From NCBI GenBank assembly GCA_013265495.1, contig MU061579.1:420872-484871 (forward strand): DNA of 64,000 nt, given 5' to 3'. Positions 24,029 through 35,850 of this stretch are shown piece by piece (position 1 is the stretch's first letter; each line of letters starts with the position of its first letter). Under the pieces are notes generated by a model, which was not told where the DNA came from, searched no databases, and saw only the letters and a program-made list of their open reading frames with translations. The position numbers were made by a program, and so were the translations under genes. This stretch comes from Vicugna vicugna. Its lineage: Eukaryota.

Positions 24029-24818
24029 CTTTATTGAAGTGTAGTTGGTTTACAATGTTGTGTTAATTTCTGGTGCACAGCATAGTGATTCAGTTCATAT
24101 ATATTCTTTTTCATATTCTTTCTCATAATAGGCTGTTACAAGGTATTGAATATAATTCCCTGTGCTACACAGTAGGACCTTGCTGTTTATCTATTTTATA
24201 TATAGTAGTTAGTATCTGCAAGTCTTCAAACTCCCAGTTTATCCCTCTACCCTTTCATTTCCCCCCTGGTAATCATAATTTTGTTTTCTACTTCTGTGAG
24301 TCTGTTTCTGTCTTGTAAATAAGTTCATTTGTCTCATTTTTTAGATTCCACATATAAATGATAGCATATGGTATTTTTCACTCTCTTTCTGGCTCACTTC
24401 ACTTAGTATGACAACTTCCAGGTCCACCCATGTTGCTGCAAATGGCATTATTTTATTCTGTTTTATGACTGAGTAGTATTCCATTGTACATAAATACCAC
24501 ATCTTCTTTATCACCTACGGTCAATTAATCTTCAACAAAACAGGTAAGAATATGCAATGGAGAAAAGACAGCTTCTTCAGCAAGTGGTGCTGGGAAAGCT
24601 GGACAGCTGTATGCAAATCCATGAAGTGAGAACACTCCCTCACACCATACACAAAAATAAACTCAAAACAGCTTAAAGAATTTAACATAAGTCAAGACCC
24701 TATAAACCTCCTAGAAGGAAACACAGGCAAAACATTCTCTGATATAACTCTTAGCAATTTCTCCTAGGACAGCCTACCCAGACAATAGATATAAAAGCAA
24801 AAATAAATAAATGGGACC
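24029..24818 (-). mobile_element. L1 with 5' inversion (twin priming)
   Basis: Poly(T) plus antisense 3' end 24029-24512, then a sense-oriented ORF2 piece 24513-24818; 15-bp TSD agaaga(ttt/aaa)tttttt at 24014-24028 and 24819-24833. Confidence 0.88.
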
Positions 24819-24890
24819 AGAAGAAAATTTTTTAAAAGGTGACTACCTTCACCTCACACTGACTGCAACCCCTCTAATGGGATTGGACCC

Positions 24891-25399
24891 TGAATTAATG
24901 TTCTGCAGAGAAACAGAACAAATAGGATATGCATATATGGTACATCTATATCTATCTCTCTGAAAGAGAGGCAGAGAGAGACAGAGAGATAAAAGAGAGG
25001 GAAAAGAAAGAGAGAAATTTATTATAAGGAACTGGCTCATTTGATTATGGAGGCTAAGAGGTCCCTAAATCTGCTCTAAGTCCAAAGGCTGAGAAGCAGC
25101 AGAAGCCAGTGGTTTAAGTCCCAGTCCAAGTCCAAAGGTAATACAAGGCCAACGTCCCAGCTAAGACAGTCAGACAGAGAAAGTGATTTCTCTCTTACTG
25201 TGCCTTTTTGTTTTAGTTGAGCCTTCAGTGGATCAGATGAGGCCTGTCCACACTGGGGAGGAAAGTCTGCTTTACTCAGTCCACAGATTCAAACGTTAAC
25301 CTCATCTAAAGACACCTTCACAGACCGAGAACAGTGTTTGGTCAAATATCTGGGCTCTCGGTGACCCACTTAAGTTAACACGTAAAATTAACCATCACA
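24891..25399 (-). mobile_element. MLT2 (ERVL) solo LTR
   Basis: tg...ca termini, perfect 5-bp TSD GACCC (24886-24890, 25400-25404); tctgctttactcagtccacagattcaaacgttaacctcatc, aaattaaccatcaca. Confidence 0.92.
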
Positions 25400-28300
25400 G
25401 ACCCACTCCTGGACTATTCTGGTAAAGCCCTATGGGATTCTTAAGAATCATCTCTCAGAGACCAGCCAGTGTCCTCTGCAGATTATTATGTGCCATTGGG
25501 TGAAGGGAGTGGTGGGAATTCTAGAGGGATATCATGTTATGTGGGTACAGACTGAGGTGTTCCAAAGAGGGGAAAAGTTTGCAAAATTAAAAAATTAAAG
25601 GAGTTCTCTCTCTGCTGCCCACACACATTCATCATGTGTTAGTGGCATAGCAGAAAATTTTCAGAATGAGACATAAGAATGGAAAAGTCTGTGAGTCACC
25701 TCTCTGCTAAGGCCAGTAACTGCAGCCACATCTTATCAAAGAAAGATAGACATCCCTGGAGGGGTTCTGGAACTGGCTGCAGGAAGTGAAACAGAGGTGA
25801 AAGATAGATTTGAGTCAGGAAGCTGGTAGTTCTATGAACCATCCCTGCAGCAGATAAAATACAAATCTTTCTCCTCTAACAATTAGAATAAGAACATAAC
25901 TCAAAATAGGTTAGTATGGGGAGGTTAGTGTTAGAAGAGAAAGAGATTTTAACTCATTTGAAAAATTCATTGGTTTGCTCTGAAAGATAAGTAGGACTTG
26001 GCTCATTACCAAAACTTCTCTGACATCCAGCAGAGGCACAGCTCATGTTTATCTAGACGAAAGCTGAATCTATGTCTGTAGGTTTATGGCTACCTGGCAG
26101 TGAGGGTCCTTTCAAAGTAGATTCAAGAATAACAGACTATGTCTTGCTTCTTTTAAAATGCATGGATTCTTGTTGTGTCTTCTGTTCTCCTCTGTGGCCC
26201 CACTCCCCAGCACAGCGTCTGGGCCATTGGATGTACCGGATACGTCTCTCTTGAAGAAATGTACAAAGATTCTGGGCTGGAGTCTATGAAGTTTTACATC
26301 CATTCAAGGAAATTGCTCTTTTAAAAAAATTATAATATCAGAATCTTGGCAAAGGAAAAAATGAAACTGTTGGGTCAGGAATTGTTTATCTAATCTATCT
26401 TTCATGAATATCTGGATATTTTAAAGGAAAGTAGATCTGAAGGAAGAAGTAAGGAGTATTTTCTACTCAGCGCAAGGCATGCTTCATCAAAATATACTTG
26501 GTTTTCAGCCAGCCTTTCAGGACTTTCATTTATCTTTACTTAAATTCAAATGTGTGACTGAAGCTAAAGGTCACTTTATTTACCAAAACCAAAATGTCAA
26601 CAAATAAGCATTCTCTCTCCTGCTTTCCTCAAATCAGCATGCACGGAACAGAACACAATGCTCTAAGACCTTCTCCACAGAGATATTAAATGAAAGCATT
26701 AATCCAGACAAAATATGTTAATTCCTGGTCTACTTAGCCCACAGGAACAGAAAGGATAATGTGTCAGGAATCAAAACCTTGTGTTCTAAATAATCCCTTC
26801 ATAAGTCTTACTGAGCAGGAATCCCTGGGAATAATTGCAGTTATTCTAGAAGATCTGGCCCGAGAAGTAGGACATATGGGTTCTGAGGGCATCAGCACTA
26901 CCATGTACTTGTATAACTGTAGACAAACTCTTTTGACCCTCTGGCCTCCACATTTAACCACCTGAAAATATGTGATAAATCGTACCTTCAGAATGATTGC
27001 TGGAAGATGGCACAGGACGCTGGAAATGATGGGAACTGGATACCCTGCAAACACTAAAAAATATTACATGCAATTGAATTTTAACAATAATGATAGTGAA
27101 GATGAAAACTGTGAGTATGGACTCTTTTGATGAAGCTTCTGTGTCCTTGCTGACATGCACACATTGTGATAAATGCTGTGCAAGAGAATAGTAATAAACT
27201 GTTACAATTGTTATAAAGAGAATCTATGTTTGAACTTGAGAAACCAATGGGAAGTTATCTTAGAATGTGAGCAGTGTTGTGGTATGAAGCCCAAGGGGCT
27301 TAGGAACCACCTGGGAGATGCACTGAATCCAGGGGTCCTGGAAGAAAACTGTCAGCAGACCGGACTGACTATTGTAGTGATGGCTGTCTGTGCTGTTAGA
27401 AGCTGACACGCAATTCTTAGAGAAAGACTAATAAGTAAGAGTTCAAGCTCAAGTAACTTCCATTTCTCTGGCTTTTATGGGAACTAATAACTAAATTTCT
27501 TCTATATGGTGACATAGCACTCTTAAAAATTTTACATTCAGAAAAACTGTGCATAAAAAATGGGGCTCTTGGGGAAAATAAGACTGGTGCAGATCACTCC
27601 AAAACTATTGTAAACAGAATGCTAATAAAACACAACTATAATCCAAGTTTAAAAAGCAGCTTTAAGAAGACATGTTAAATCCTGCAGAAACAAAACACTG
27701 CTCTGGAAAATACAGAGGACTTTACCTTAAAAAGAAAAGAGATAAGCAACTTAAGAAAATTTGTTTTAAAAAAATTGCTGGGCTGACTGTGTCATGAGGA
27801 CAAGATTAAAATGTATGCAAATTAGGAAAACGTCTCCCAGAACAGAACAGGTGGTCAACCTGAGCCATGGGAGGAGAGTGGACGTGACTGATGTACAAGG
27901 CCATTTCCTCAACTGCTTGCTGTGCTCAGCTAATACTACACAAAAATTAACTAGCTAGGAAGGCTTGATTTTGAACTAATATACCTTCTCCATTACGCTA
28001 ACATCAGCCCCTTGTTTATCCAGTGCCTATGTGTTTACTTACCTCATAAAAACTCACATTGTTGCAAAAGAGATTGTTGAAGTATTTATTAAAGTGTGAT
28101 GATAGATTCTGAGGAGTTCTGCTCTGGGGCACATTATCTTGCTTGCCCTGGTTCCTGGCACACTGGATGAGCTGCATAAATATTTGTCAACCAAGTGCCC
28201 CATGAATTCCTATAAAACCCAGTATTCCTCAGTGATATTATGCAGGAGAAGCTGGTCTCACTACATACACCTTTCCCAAGCCCCGCTGTGATTGATACGT

Positions 28301-28487
28301 CAATCATTTGTGATCATTATTATTCCTTTATAGAAAAGTGTATAATGTATTTAACTTTAAGGATGTGCTCTAAGTAGGAAGTTGGAGATCAACTGCTGTT
28401 TATTAATTTGGCACTGTTTTATGCTTACATATACTGTTTAATTTAGTCTTAAAAGTCAAACTGTGTGCTAAGTTTTGTATGTTCAAT

Positions 28488-28790
28488 CAGAAGTAGACTC
28501 ATGAACATAGAAAAACAAACTGTGGTTACCAAGGGGGAAAAGTGAGACAGGAATAGATTAGGAGTCTGGGATTAACAGGTACACATTACTATATATATAA
28601 AACAGGTAATTAACAAGGACCTACTATATAGCACAGGGAACTATATCCAATTTCTTGTAATGAGCTGTAGTGGAAAAGAAACTGAAAAAAAAAAGTATGT
28701 ATGTGTATGTATAACTGAATCACTTTCCTGTACACCTGAAACTAACATTGTAAATCAATTACACTTTAATGAAAAAGAAGAATAAAAAAA
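28488..28790 (+). mobile_element. 5'-truncated L1 3' end inside a MIR remnant
   Basis: agactcatgaacatagaaaaacaaactgtggttaccaagggg...acaaggacctactatatagcacagggaactata...A-rich tail. Confidence 0.9.
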
Positions 28791-30127
28791 TGCGGAAAAC
28801 AATCAAGGTTCATGAGGTTTGGGTACCTCACGTTTGCTAAGACACTTCGGTGGTGGTTGTTGGAGTTGCAATATAAATCCAGGTGTGACTTCTCTAACAT
28901 TTACAGTCTTTCCCCCAACTCAAGCTAGTGCTAAATGATAGTAGTAAAAGGCTTATTCACTTCAACGTAATTTTTTTCTTATAGAAATCAAAATCTTAAG
29001 TAACAAAGTCTGCATTAGGATTTTAATAATCACCTCCAATTTTAAAAAAAAAATTGTGTTCTCGTAATATTTCAGTTTCTTAAATTTCGCATCCGTAATT
29101 CTTAAAACAGTCTCTCAGAGACCAATGTTTAGAGCCTTCACCTAAAGTGGACTCTGTTGCCATATAATCCTTGGCCCAACTCATAAACAGATCTGGTAAA
29201 CCTTCTTATAGAAATAGAAATGGTTCATTTCAATTTTTAAGAACTTTAAGAAACATTAAAGGGTTTTTGGACACCTGCCTAGTCAAATATGTTTTAATAA
29301 ACACTGCAGGAGTTTCTACAGTATTTTTTTCAATCACTAGGAATATAATGAAATGGATCAATTGATTGTTTAGTACAGTATAAATCTTAACTCTTGAAGA
29401 ATCCAAATAAATCAATAAGAAAAAAATGACCTCAGTTGTCTTGCCTGCAGGCAGATAAGAAATTCACTCCGCAGTGGGGCTCTAACTCCCAGTTCTGTCA
29501 AACTCGTTGAAAAACAGATTTTCTTCTTCTCCATTGTGTGTAAAGGTGTGGCCTTAATTCGATAATAATACCCTTATTTGCTTATAGTCATAATTGATTT
29601 TGCTTTTAATTCAGCAATTCATTCAACTGTTCTATACGCTGGAAGTACACTGGTAAAAAACAAAACATACAGATTCCTGTTCTCTTGGATCGGATCATAC
29701 ATTCTGGTGGGGGAGAGGAGTTTTAGGGAGAGATTATAAGCAGTAAATACGTTAACTTCACATTTGTTTTATGAAACTGATAAAGAATCAATTATCTTCT
29801 TCAGTAGGATGGTTCCAATCTATCACCATATAATCTGAAAGAATACATTTTCTTTTCTACATATCAACAACTTAAGGTATCTTCAAAATGTTACACATGC
29901 TTAGTGACTGTTCACCTGATTAGCTTCCATCAGGACTTTGCCTTGTAAGAGAACAGGGTCCCCAAGAAACAAAACACACAGTGACTGTTTTATAGGATAT
30001 ACAAGGACCTACTGTATAGCACATAGCATCAGTTGAAAGCTAGAGTCCATGGAATGGTGCTGGGTGGCAGAGGCTTCCTCCAGGCAGTTGGGTGGGCACT
30101 ATGGTAGGGCTGTTGTCTTGGAGCATC

Positions 30128-30681
30128 TCTGGTTAACTGAACTTTACAAAAATGGCCACAGCAGTGTATCTGGTGTCATATATTCTTTCAGAACTTTGAT
30201 ACTCTTCCCATCAAAGGGTGAAGTCTGAATGCTGTCCCCTCAGAAAAGAATCGTATATGGTGACACATAGTCACGTGGTGCATGGATTCTGTGGCTTAAG
30301 TAACAGAAGGTGATACCGCTTCCAGCTGGCTCTGCTTCCCTTTTGGGATCTAACCTTGTGATCCATGAGCTCACATATAGATGTACATCTGTTGTGAAGT
30401 TTCCATGTCGAAGACGTCACATGACGATAGGAAGCGATGTCCAAATAGCCCCAACTATTTTAGTACCTAGTTATTTGAGCCTTCTTAGTATCAACCACTA
30501 GAAATACAAGTGAACAAGCCATCCTCAGCCTTCTAGCTGACCCAGCTGATGCCATGTGGAACAGAGATGAGCCATCTCCACAGAGTCTTGCCAGAACTGC
30601 AGATTAGTGAGCAAAATAAATGTCATTGTTTCAAAAACTCAGATTTGTGGTGGTTTTTTACGCAGCATTGCAACTGAAACA
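30128..30681 (+). mobile_element. MLT1 (MaLR) solo LTR, F/G/H-type
   Basis: aaaatggccaca...cttcccatcaaagggtgaagtct...ggaacagagatgagcc...gcagattagtgagcaaaataaatg...cgcagcattgcaactgaaaca. Confidence 0.8.
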
Positions 30682-31024
30682 CTTATTCATGTACAGGTCA
30701 AGAGATAGCATCATGTGACTTGTCACAGAAACAGTATGTCCTACATGCATGCCTATTGCCTACTGAATGTACTGGTTCTTAGATGCACAAAAAATGCACC
30801 CCAAACTGAGGTTTCTAGAACACTTTTTTGTTCCTCTGAATAGTCTTTCATAATAATAGAAAAGTCAGAAGCGGGAAACGCATTTTTTCTTTCAAGTCTC
30901 TGTCTTTGTGTCATTTTTCTGGGCAAAATTCAAACAAAATACTAACTGGTATTTTTCAAACATTTCTTCTCCATACATCATAAACTGATTAAAAGTAAAA
31001 AGGGTTGTGAATATCAAAATTAAA

Positions 31025-31506
31025 AGTACATGGCTCTAATTTTTAACCCTGCTTTAATCCATACCCTTTGTCATATAACTTCCAGTGCCAACCCATTATG
31101 GACAAGATCTACCTTAACTCTTGAATCTGAACTTGGCTTTGTGACACACAGTCAATGGATGTTAATAGGTTTGAAGCCCTGAGGAGGCTTAAAAACACCT
31201 TTATATAAGCTGCTTGTGCATTTGTGTCTCTGCCATTCCCATTAAAACATGCCTGAGGTTACATGTAGAAGGTTGGAAATTTGTTTAGGAGAGCAGAAAA
31301 TACCAATAGCCCAGTCACCCAAGGAAGGACAGTCTAAATCAAGTGACAGCCAGCCAACCCAGACATGAACTGAGCCTGGCATAGATTGAAAGCAACACCC
31401 AACCAAGGTCAATATAAATCTCTTGATCTCAGACTCATAATGTTATTAAAAGCTTGTCATTGAAACCTGTTGAGTTTTGTCATAGTTACTATGCAGCACT
31501 GATACA
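31025..31506 (+). mobile_element. MLT1H-like solo LTR
   Basis: atccataccctttgtcatataact...cttgaatctgaacttggctttgtgac...gagttttgtcatagttactatgcagcactgataca. Confidence 0.65.
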
Positions 31507-31744
31507 ATTCCTGTAAGTATGTTTTAAATTTCAACAAATGGTAATTACACTGGAGAAGAAAGTTACACATGTGTAAGGATGGAATTTTTACTTGAACTAT
31601 AATTGAACAATGTCCTTTTGGTGTCTATCATTTCAAATACCACAAAACATCTTGTAGTGTCATAAGAAGTACCATGGTGTTAGAGACAGAATAGTTCACT
31701 TGAAACTGCAGGGTGCAGAAGATTACAGGAAAAGATGCAACTTA

Positions 31745-33148
31745 ACAATATGAAGTCATGGGAGCAACCACTAGAAAACTAAAAAGGCAAATATAAAATG
31801 ATCAGTTAAAGCCAAAAGAGGCAGGAAAGAAGAGGAAGACAAAAATAGGAACAAAGAACAAGGGCAATAAATAGAAAACAATAACAAATATGGTAGATAT
31901 CAATCTAACTATGTCAATAATCACTTTGAATGTCAATAATCTAATGAAAAGACAGAGTTTGTCAGAGTGGGTCAAAAAACGAGATGTAATTATATGTTGT
32001 CTACAAAGAACTCATTTTAAATATAAACATATAGACTAAACAAGTGGAAAAATGCTAGTACTGAACACATAAAGCAGGAGAAGATTTATTAATATCAGAC
32101 TGTAAAGTAAGAGTTATTATCACTAAAGAAGAGCTTTATATAATGATGAAGTAGTCATTTTTACAAGAACACATAACAGTCCTTAACGTGTATATGCCTA
32201 ACAATAGAGCATCAAACCACATTAGGCAAAAAATGATAGAACCACAGGGAGAAATGGATGAATTCACTATCATAGTTGGAGAATTCAACACCTCTCTATC
32301 AGAAATGTGTAGATCCAGCAGATCAAAAATCAGTAAAGGCATAATTTAATTCAACAACACTGTCAAAGTTGGAGAATTCAACACCTCTCTATCTGGACCT
32401 AAAACACACCTTAGTTAAGTTTAAAAGAATAGCAATCAAACAATGCCTTTTCTCAGATCATAATGGAATTAAACTAGAAATGAATAACAGAGCTAACTGG
32501 AAAAACTGGAAAATCCCCAAATACTTGGAGACTAAACATGTATCTACATAACCCATGGGTCAAAGAAGAAGAATCAAGAGAAATCTAAAGTATTTGTAAG
32601 TAAATGAAAATGAAAACAGAACTTAAAATTTGTGTGATGCAGGTTAAAGGATACTTATGTTAAGTATATACTAATGCAGATCTTAGAAAAGAAGAAAGAT
32701 CTAAAATTAATCATCAAAGTTTCCACCTTAGTAAAGTAGAAAAAGAAGAGCAAATTATAGCCAAAGTAAGAGAAGAAGAGAAATAATAAAAATTTGAGCA
32801 GAAAATAATGAAATTAAGCACAACAAATCAATAGAGAACATCAACACTAGCAAAAGCAGTATTTTTTTTAGAAAAATCAATAAAATTGCAAACCTCTAGC
32901 CAGTTTAACTGAGAAAAAAAAAAAGAGAAGACACAAATAACTAATACCTGAAGTGAACGAGGGGACATCACCGCAGATCCCATGGACATTAAAATGATAA
33001 TAAAGGAATATTATAAATAAATCTATGGTGAAAATTTTGAAAACCTAGGTGAAATGGGCCAATTCTTTGAAGGATCCAAGCCATCAAAACTCACACAAAA
33101 AGAAATAGATAATCTGAATAGGACTATAGCTACTAAAGAAATTGAATT
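31745..33148 (+). mobile_element. Old L1 fragment: inter-ORF spacer and ORF2 endonuclease region
   Basis: tcaataatcactttgaatgtcaat, tatatgttgtctacaa, aacgtgtatatgcctaacaatagagc, atagttggagaattcaacacctctct (GxFNTPL), tctcagatcataatggaattaaactagaa (SDHNGIKLE). Confidence 0.9.
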
Positions 33149-33231
33149 TGGATAGTTCTGGGAGCAAAAAGAATGACGTTAACTGAGATTTGATATATTA
33201 CCACAAGCATAGACATTAAAGAGACTTAGAC

Positions 33232-34470
33232 TCTTTCTTTAATAGACTGTATTTTTTAGAACAGCTTTAGGTTCACAGAAATATTGAGTGGAAGATACAG
33301 AGAATTCCCATACACCTCCTACCCTAACACACGGACCACTCCCCATTATTAATATCCTGCAACCGAGTGGTACATTTGGTACAATTGATGAACCTACAGT
33401 AACACATCATTATCATTAAAAACCATAGTTTTTTACATTAGGGTTTACTGTATATTTTTGTGCATTCTATGGGTTTGGACAAGTATGTAATGAAATGTAT
33501 TCACCATTATAATATCATACAGAATACTTTCACTGTCCTAAAAATCTTGTGTTCCACCTATTCATCCCTCCCTTCCCCTTAACCCCTGGCAACCAGTGAT
33601 ATTTCACCGTCTTTATAGTTTTGCCTGTTCCAGAATGTCATGTAGTTGGAGTCATACAGTATGTAGTCTTTCAGATTGGCTTCTTTCACTTAGTCACATG
33701 CATTTAAGATTTCTCCATGTCATTTTACGGCCAGATAGCTAATTTCTTTTAAATTCTGAATAACATTCCATTGTAAAGATGCACCACAGTGTATTCATCC
33801 ATTTGTCTGCTGAAGAACATCAAGGTTGCTTCCAAGTTTTGGCAATTATGAATAAAGTTGCTATAAAACATCCATGCGCAGGTTTTTGTGTGGATGTAAG
33901 TTTCAGCTCATTTTATGAAATTAAGGAATGCTGTTGCTAGATTGCATAAGTATGTTTAGTTTTGTAAGAAACTACGAAATTGTGTTCCAAAGTGGCTTTG
34001 CCATCTTGCCTTTTTGTGGGAACCAGCTATAAATGAGAGTTTCTATTGATCTATATCCTCACCAGCATTTGCGTTGTCAGTGTTTTGCGCTTTGGCCATT
34101 CCAACACTTAGGGGTTTCACATTTTTTAAATTTGCAATTCTCTAATGACCTATGGTGTTGAATACCTTTCCATATGCCTATTTGCCAAAGGAATATCTTC
34201 TTCGGTGAGGTGTCTGTTCAGGTCTTTGTTCATTTTTTAATCAGGCTGTTACTTTTTTTAATGGGTTAAATTTTACAAGTCCTTTGTATATTTTAGGTAA
34301 TAGTTCTTTATTAGGTATGTATTTGCAAATACATTTCCCTGTCTGTGGGTTGTCTTCTCATTCTCTGACATTGTTCTTTCTCAGAGCAGAGGCTTTTAAA
34401 TTTAGTGAAGTCCAGTTTATCAATGATTTCTCTCATAAACGGTGCCTTTGGTATTGCGACTCCACATTTT
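33232..34470 (-). mobile_element. L1MC1-like 3' end
   Basis: tttagaacagctttaggttcacag, gagtggtacatttggtacaattgatgaacctaca, cattctatgggtttggacaa, followed by antisense ORF2 end. Confidence 0.85.
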
Positions 34471-34594
34471 TTAACAAGGGTTTCTCAGCCTAACCTTAAA
34501 TGGAAAGCTAAAGTAGTATGGTTTAAATTCTCGTCATAAAGTAACTTTTCATGTGGGAAAATGAGAACCAGAGAGGCTTTGAAAAAAATAATAA

Positions 34595-34812
34595 TTATAA
34601 TAAACATTGATTTATCATGTGTAAAGTTTGTGGAAAACATCTGAGACCTTTACATTTAATATTTAATTTAATCCTCATCACAAATATATACACATGGAAC
34701 TATAACATAACAATCATTTCATAAATCAGGAATGTGAAACTCAGAGAGACTAATAGTTTTTTCCTAAGGTCAAGTAGCTCGTTAGTGTTAGAACCAGAAT
34801 TCAAACATAGAA
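34595..34812 (-). mobile_element. MIR SINE
   Basis: atttaatcctcatcaca...gaaactcagagagactaa...cctaaggtca...agaaccagaattcaaac. Confidence 0.7.
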
Positions 34813-35169
34813 AGATAGAGGAATCCAGCTCAGCCAGGGTTAACACCATCACATTTATTCACTTCACTACCTCAAGAGTGTTTCTAGAGAACAATGAGTA
34901 AGGGTTCAGATTCACAAGATGTGGATATGGTTATAAATGCAAGAAAGGATTTCAGTAGTTTCAGGAAATGAGGCAAAAGTCCTCTTCGGTTTCTTGTTTA
35001 GAGCCCAAGTTCCTTGGCACCTCCTTCCTCTCATACCTTCCTATCATTTAATTATTAGCAGCCTTGGATAATCATTAATTATGTGCCATCAATTATGCTT
35101 ACATTATCGTTTCAAATAGATACAATACCTGATTGATTTGACTAAAATAACCCCCTTGTTTAATCTTAA

Positions 35170-35187
35170 ATTTGCATAAATTTGCAT
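35170..35187. promoter_or_regulatory. Tandem POU octamer motifs
   Basis: ATTTGCAT at 35170-35177 and 35180-35187, both perfect, 10-bp period. Confidence 0.55.
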
Positions 35188-35649
35188 GCAGTGAGGTGTT
35201 GCACAGTGATTCACCAGGCGCCGAAAACAGCAGCAACAACCTGAGCAACGGGAGGCTCAGCCTCACCAATTATTGTCATTTTCATCTGGAAAGGAATTCC
35301 ATTAAAACCGACTTTCCATAGTCTGGAATTGTGATGAGGAGTTTGCGAATTTAAGCTACCATAGGATTTATGGGGAGACACCATGGGGAACACGTACCCA
35401 TGACCACTGGCAAGACATCTGTCCTGCAAGTAATTGAAACTCACTCCTGTGCTGGTCCAGCGCTTTGATGGCAGGGCGATGGGTTTCCATGCTGGTGCTC
35501 TCATTACAGGGATGGCTGTCTGAATGTGACCCCAAGTCCAGGGAGTTGAATGATACACTTCTCCCACTGACCGGGAGTGAGGTTTCTGTTGAAGGTGAGT
35601 GAGGTGAACTAGCAAATTTACTGTAACTCTCTTTTCCTTTGCTTCTTCG

Positions 35650-35850
35650 ATAATAACATTTTGAAGTGCCTACTATATGCTAGGCATGTATTAGAAATCA
35701 CATACAATTTATTCACATTTAATACTCAACAACAATCTTACAAAGTTTATGATCCTATCATATTTTCAGAGGTCACAAATTTGACAAGTGGCAAAGCTTC
35801 AGTAGATCCTAAATCTAATGGAGTCAGATCTCTTCTATTTTATCTCCCAG
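35650..35850 (-). mobile_element. MIR SINE
   Basis: agtgcctactatatgctaggcatgta...catttaatactcaacaacaatctta...aggtcacaaatttgacaagtggcaaagc. Confidence 0.7.

Noticed and set aside
26759..27406. Cluster of overlapping 68-96 aa ORFs
   Set aside because: No recognisable protein, no consistent splice structure, and lengths within chance expectation.
35202..35229. CACAGTG + 12 bp + CCGAAAACA resembling a V(D)J 12-RSS, next to octamer motifs
   Set aside because: Nonamer matches only 6/9 and no V, D or J coding segment is adjacent; cryptic RSS-like motifs are common.
35211..35615. 134-aa minus-strand ORF
   Set aside because: Non-ATG start and no recognisable domain; explained by locally higher GC.
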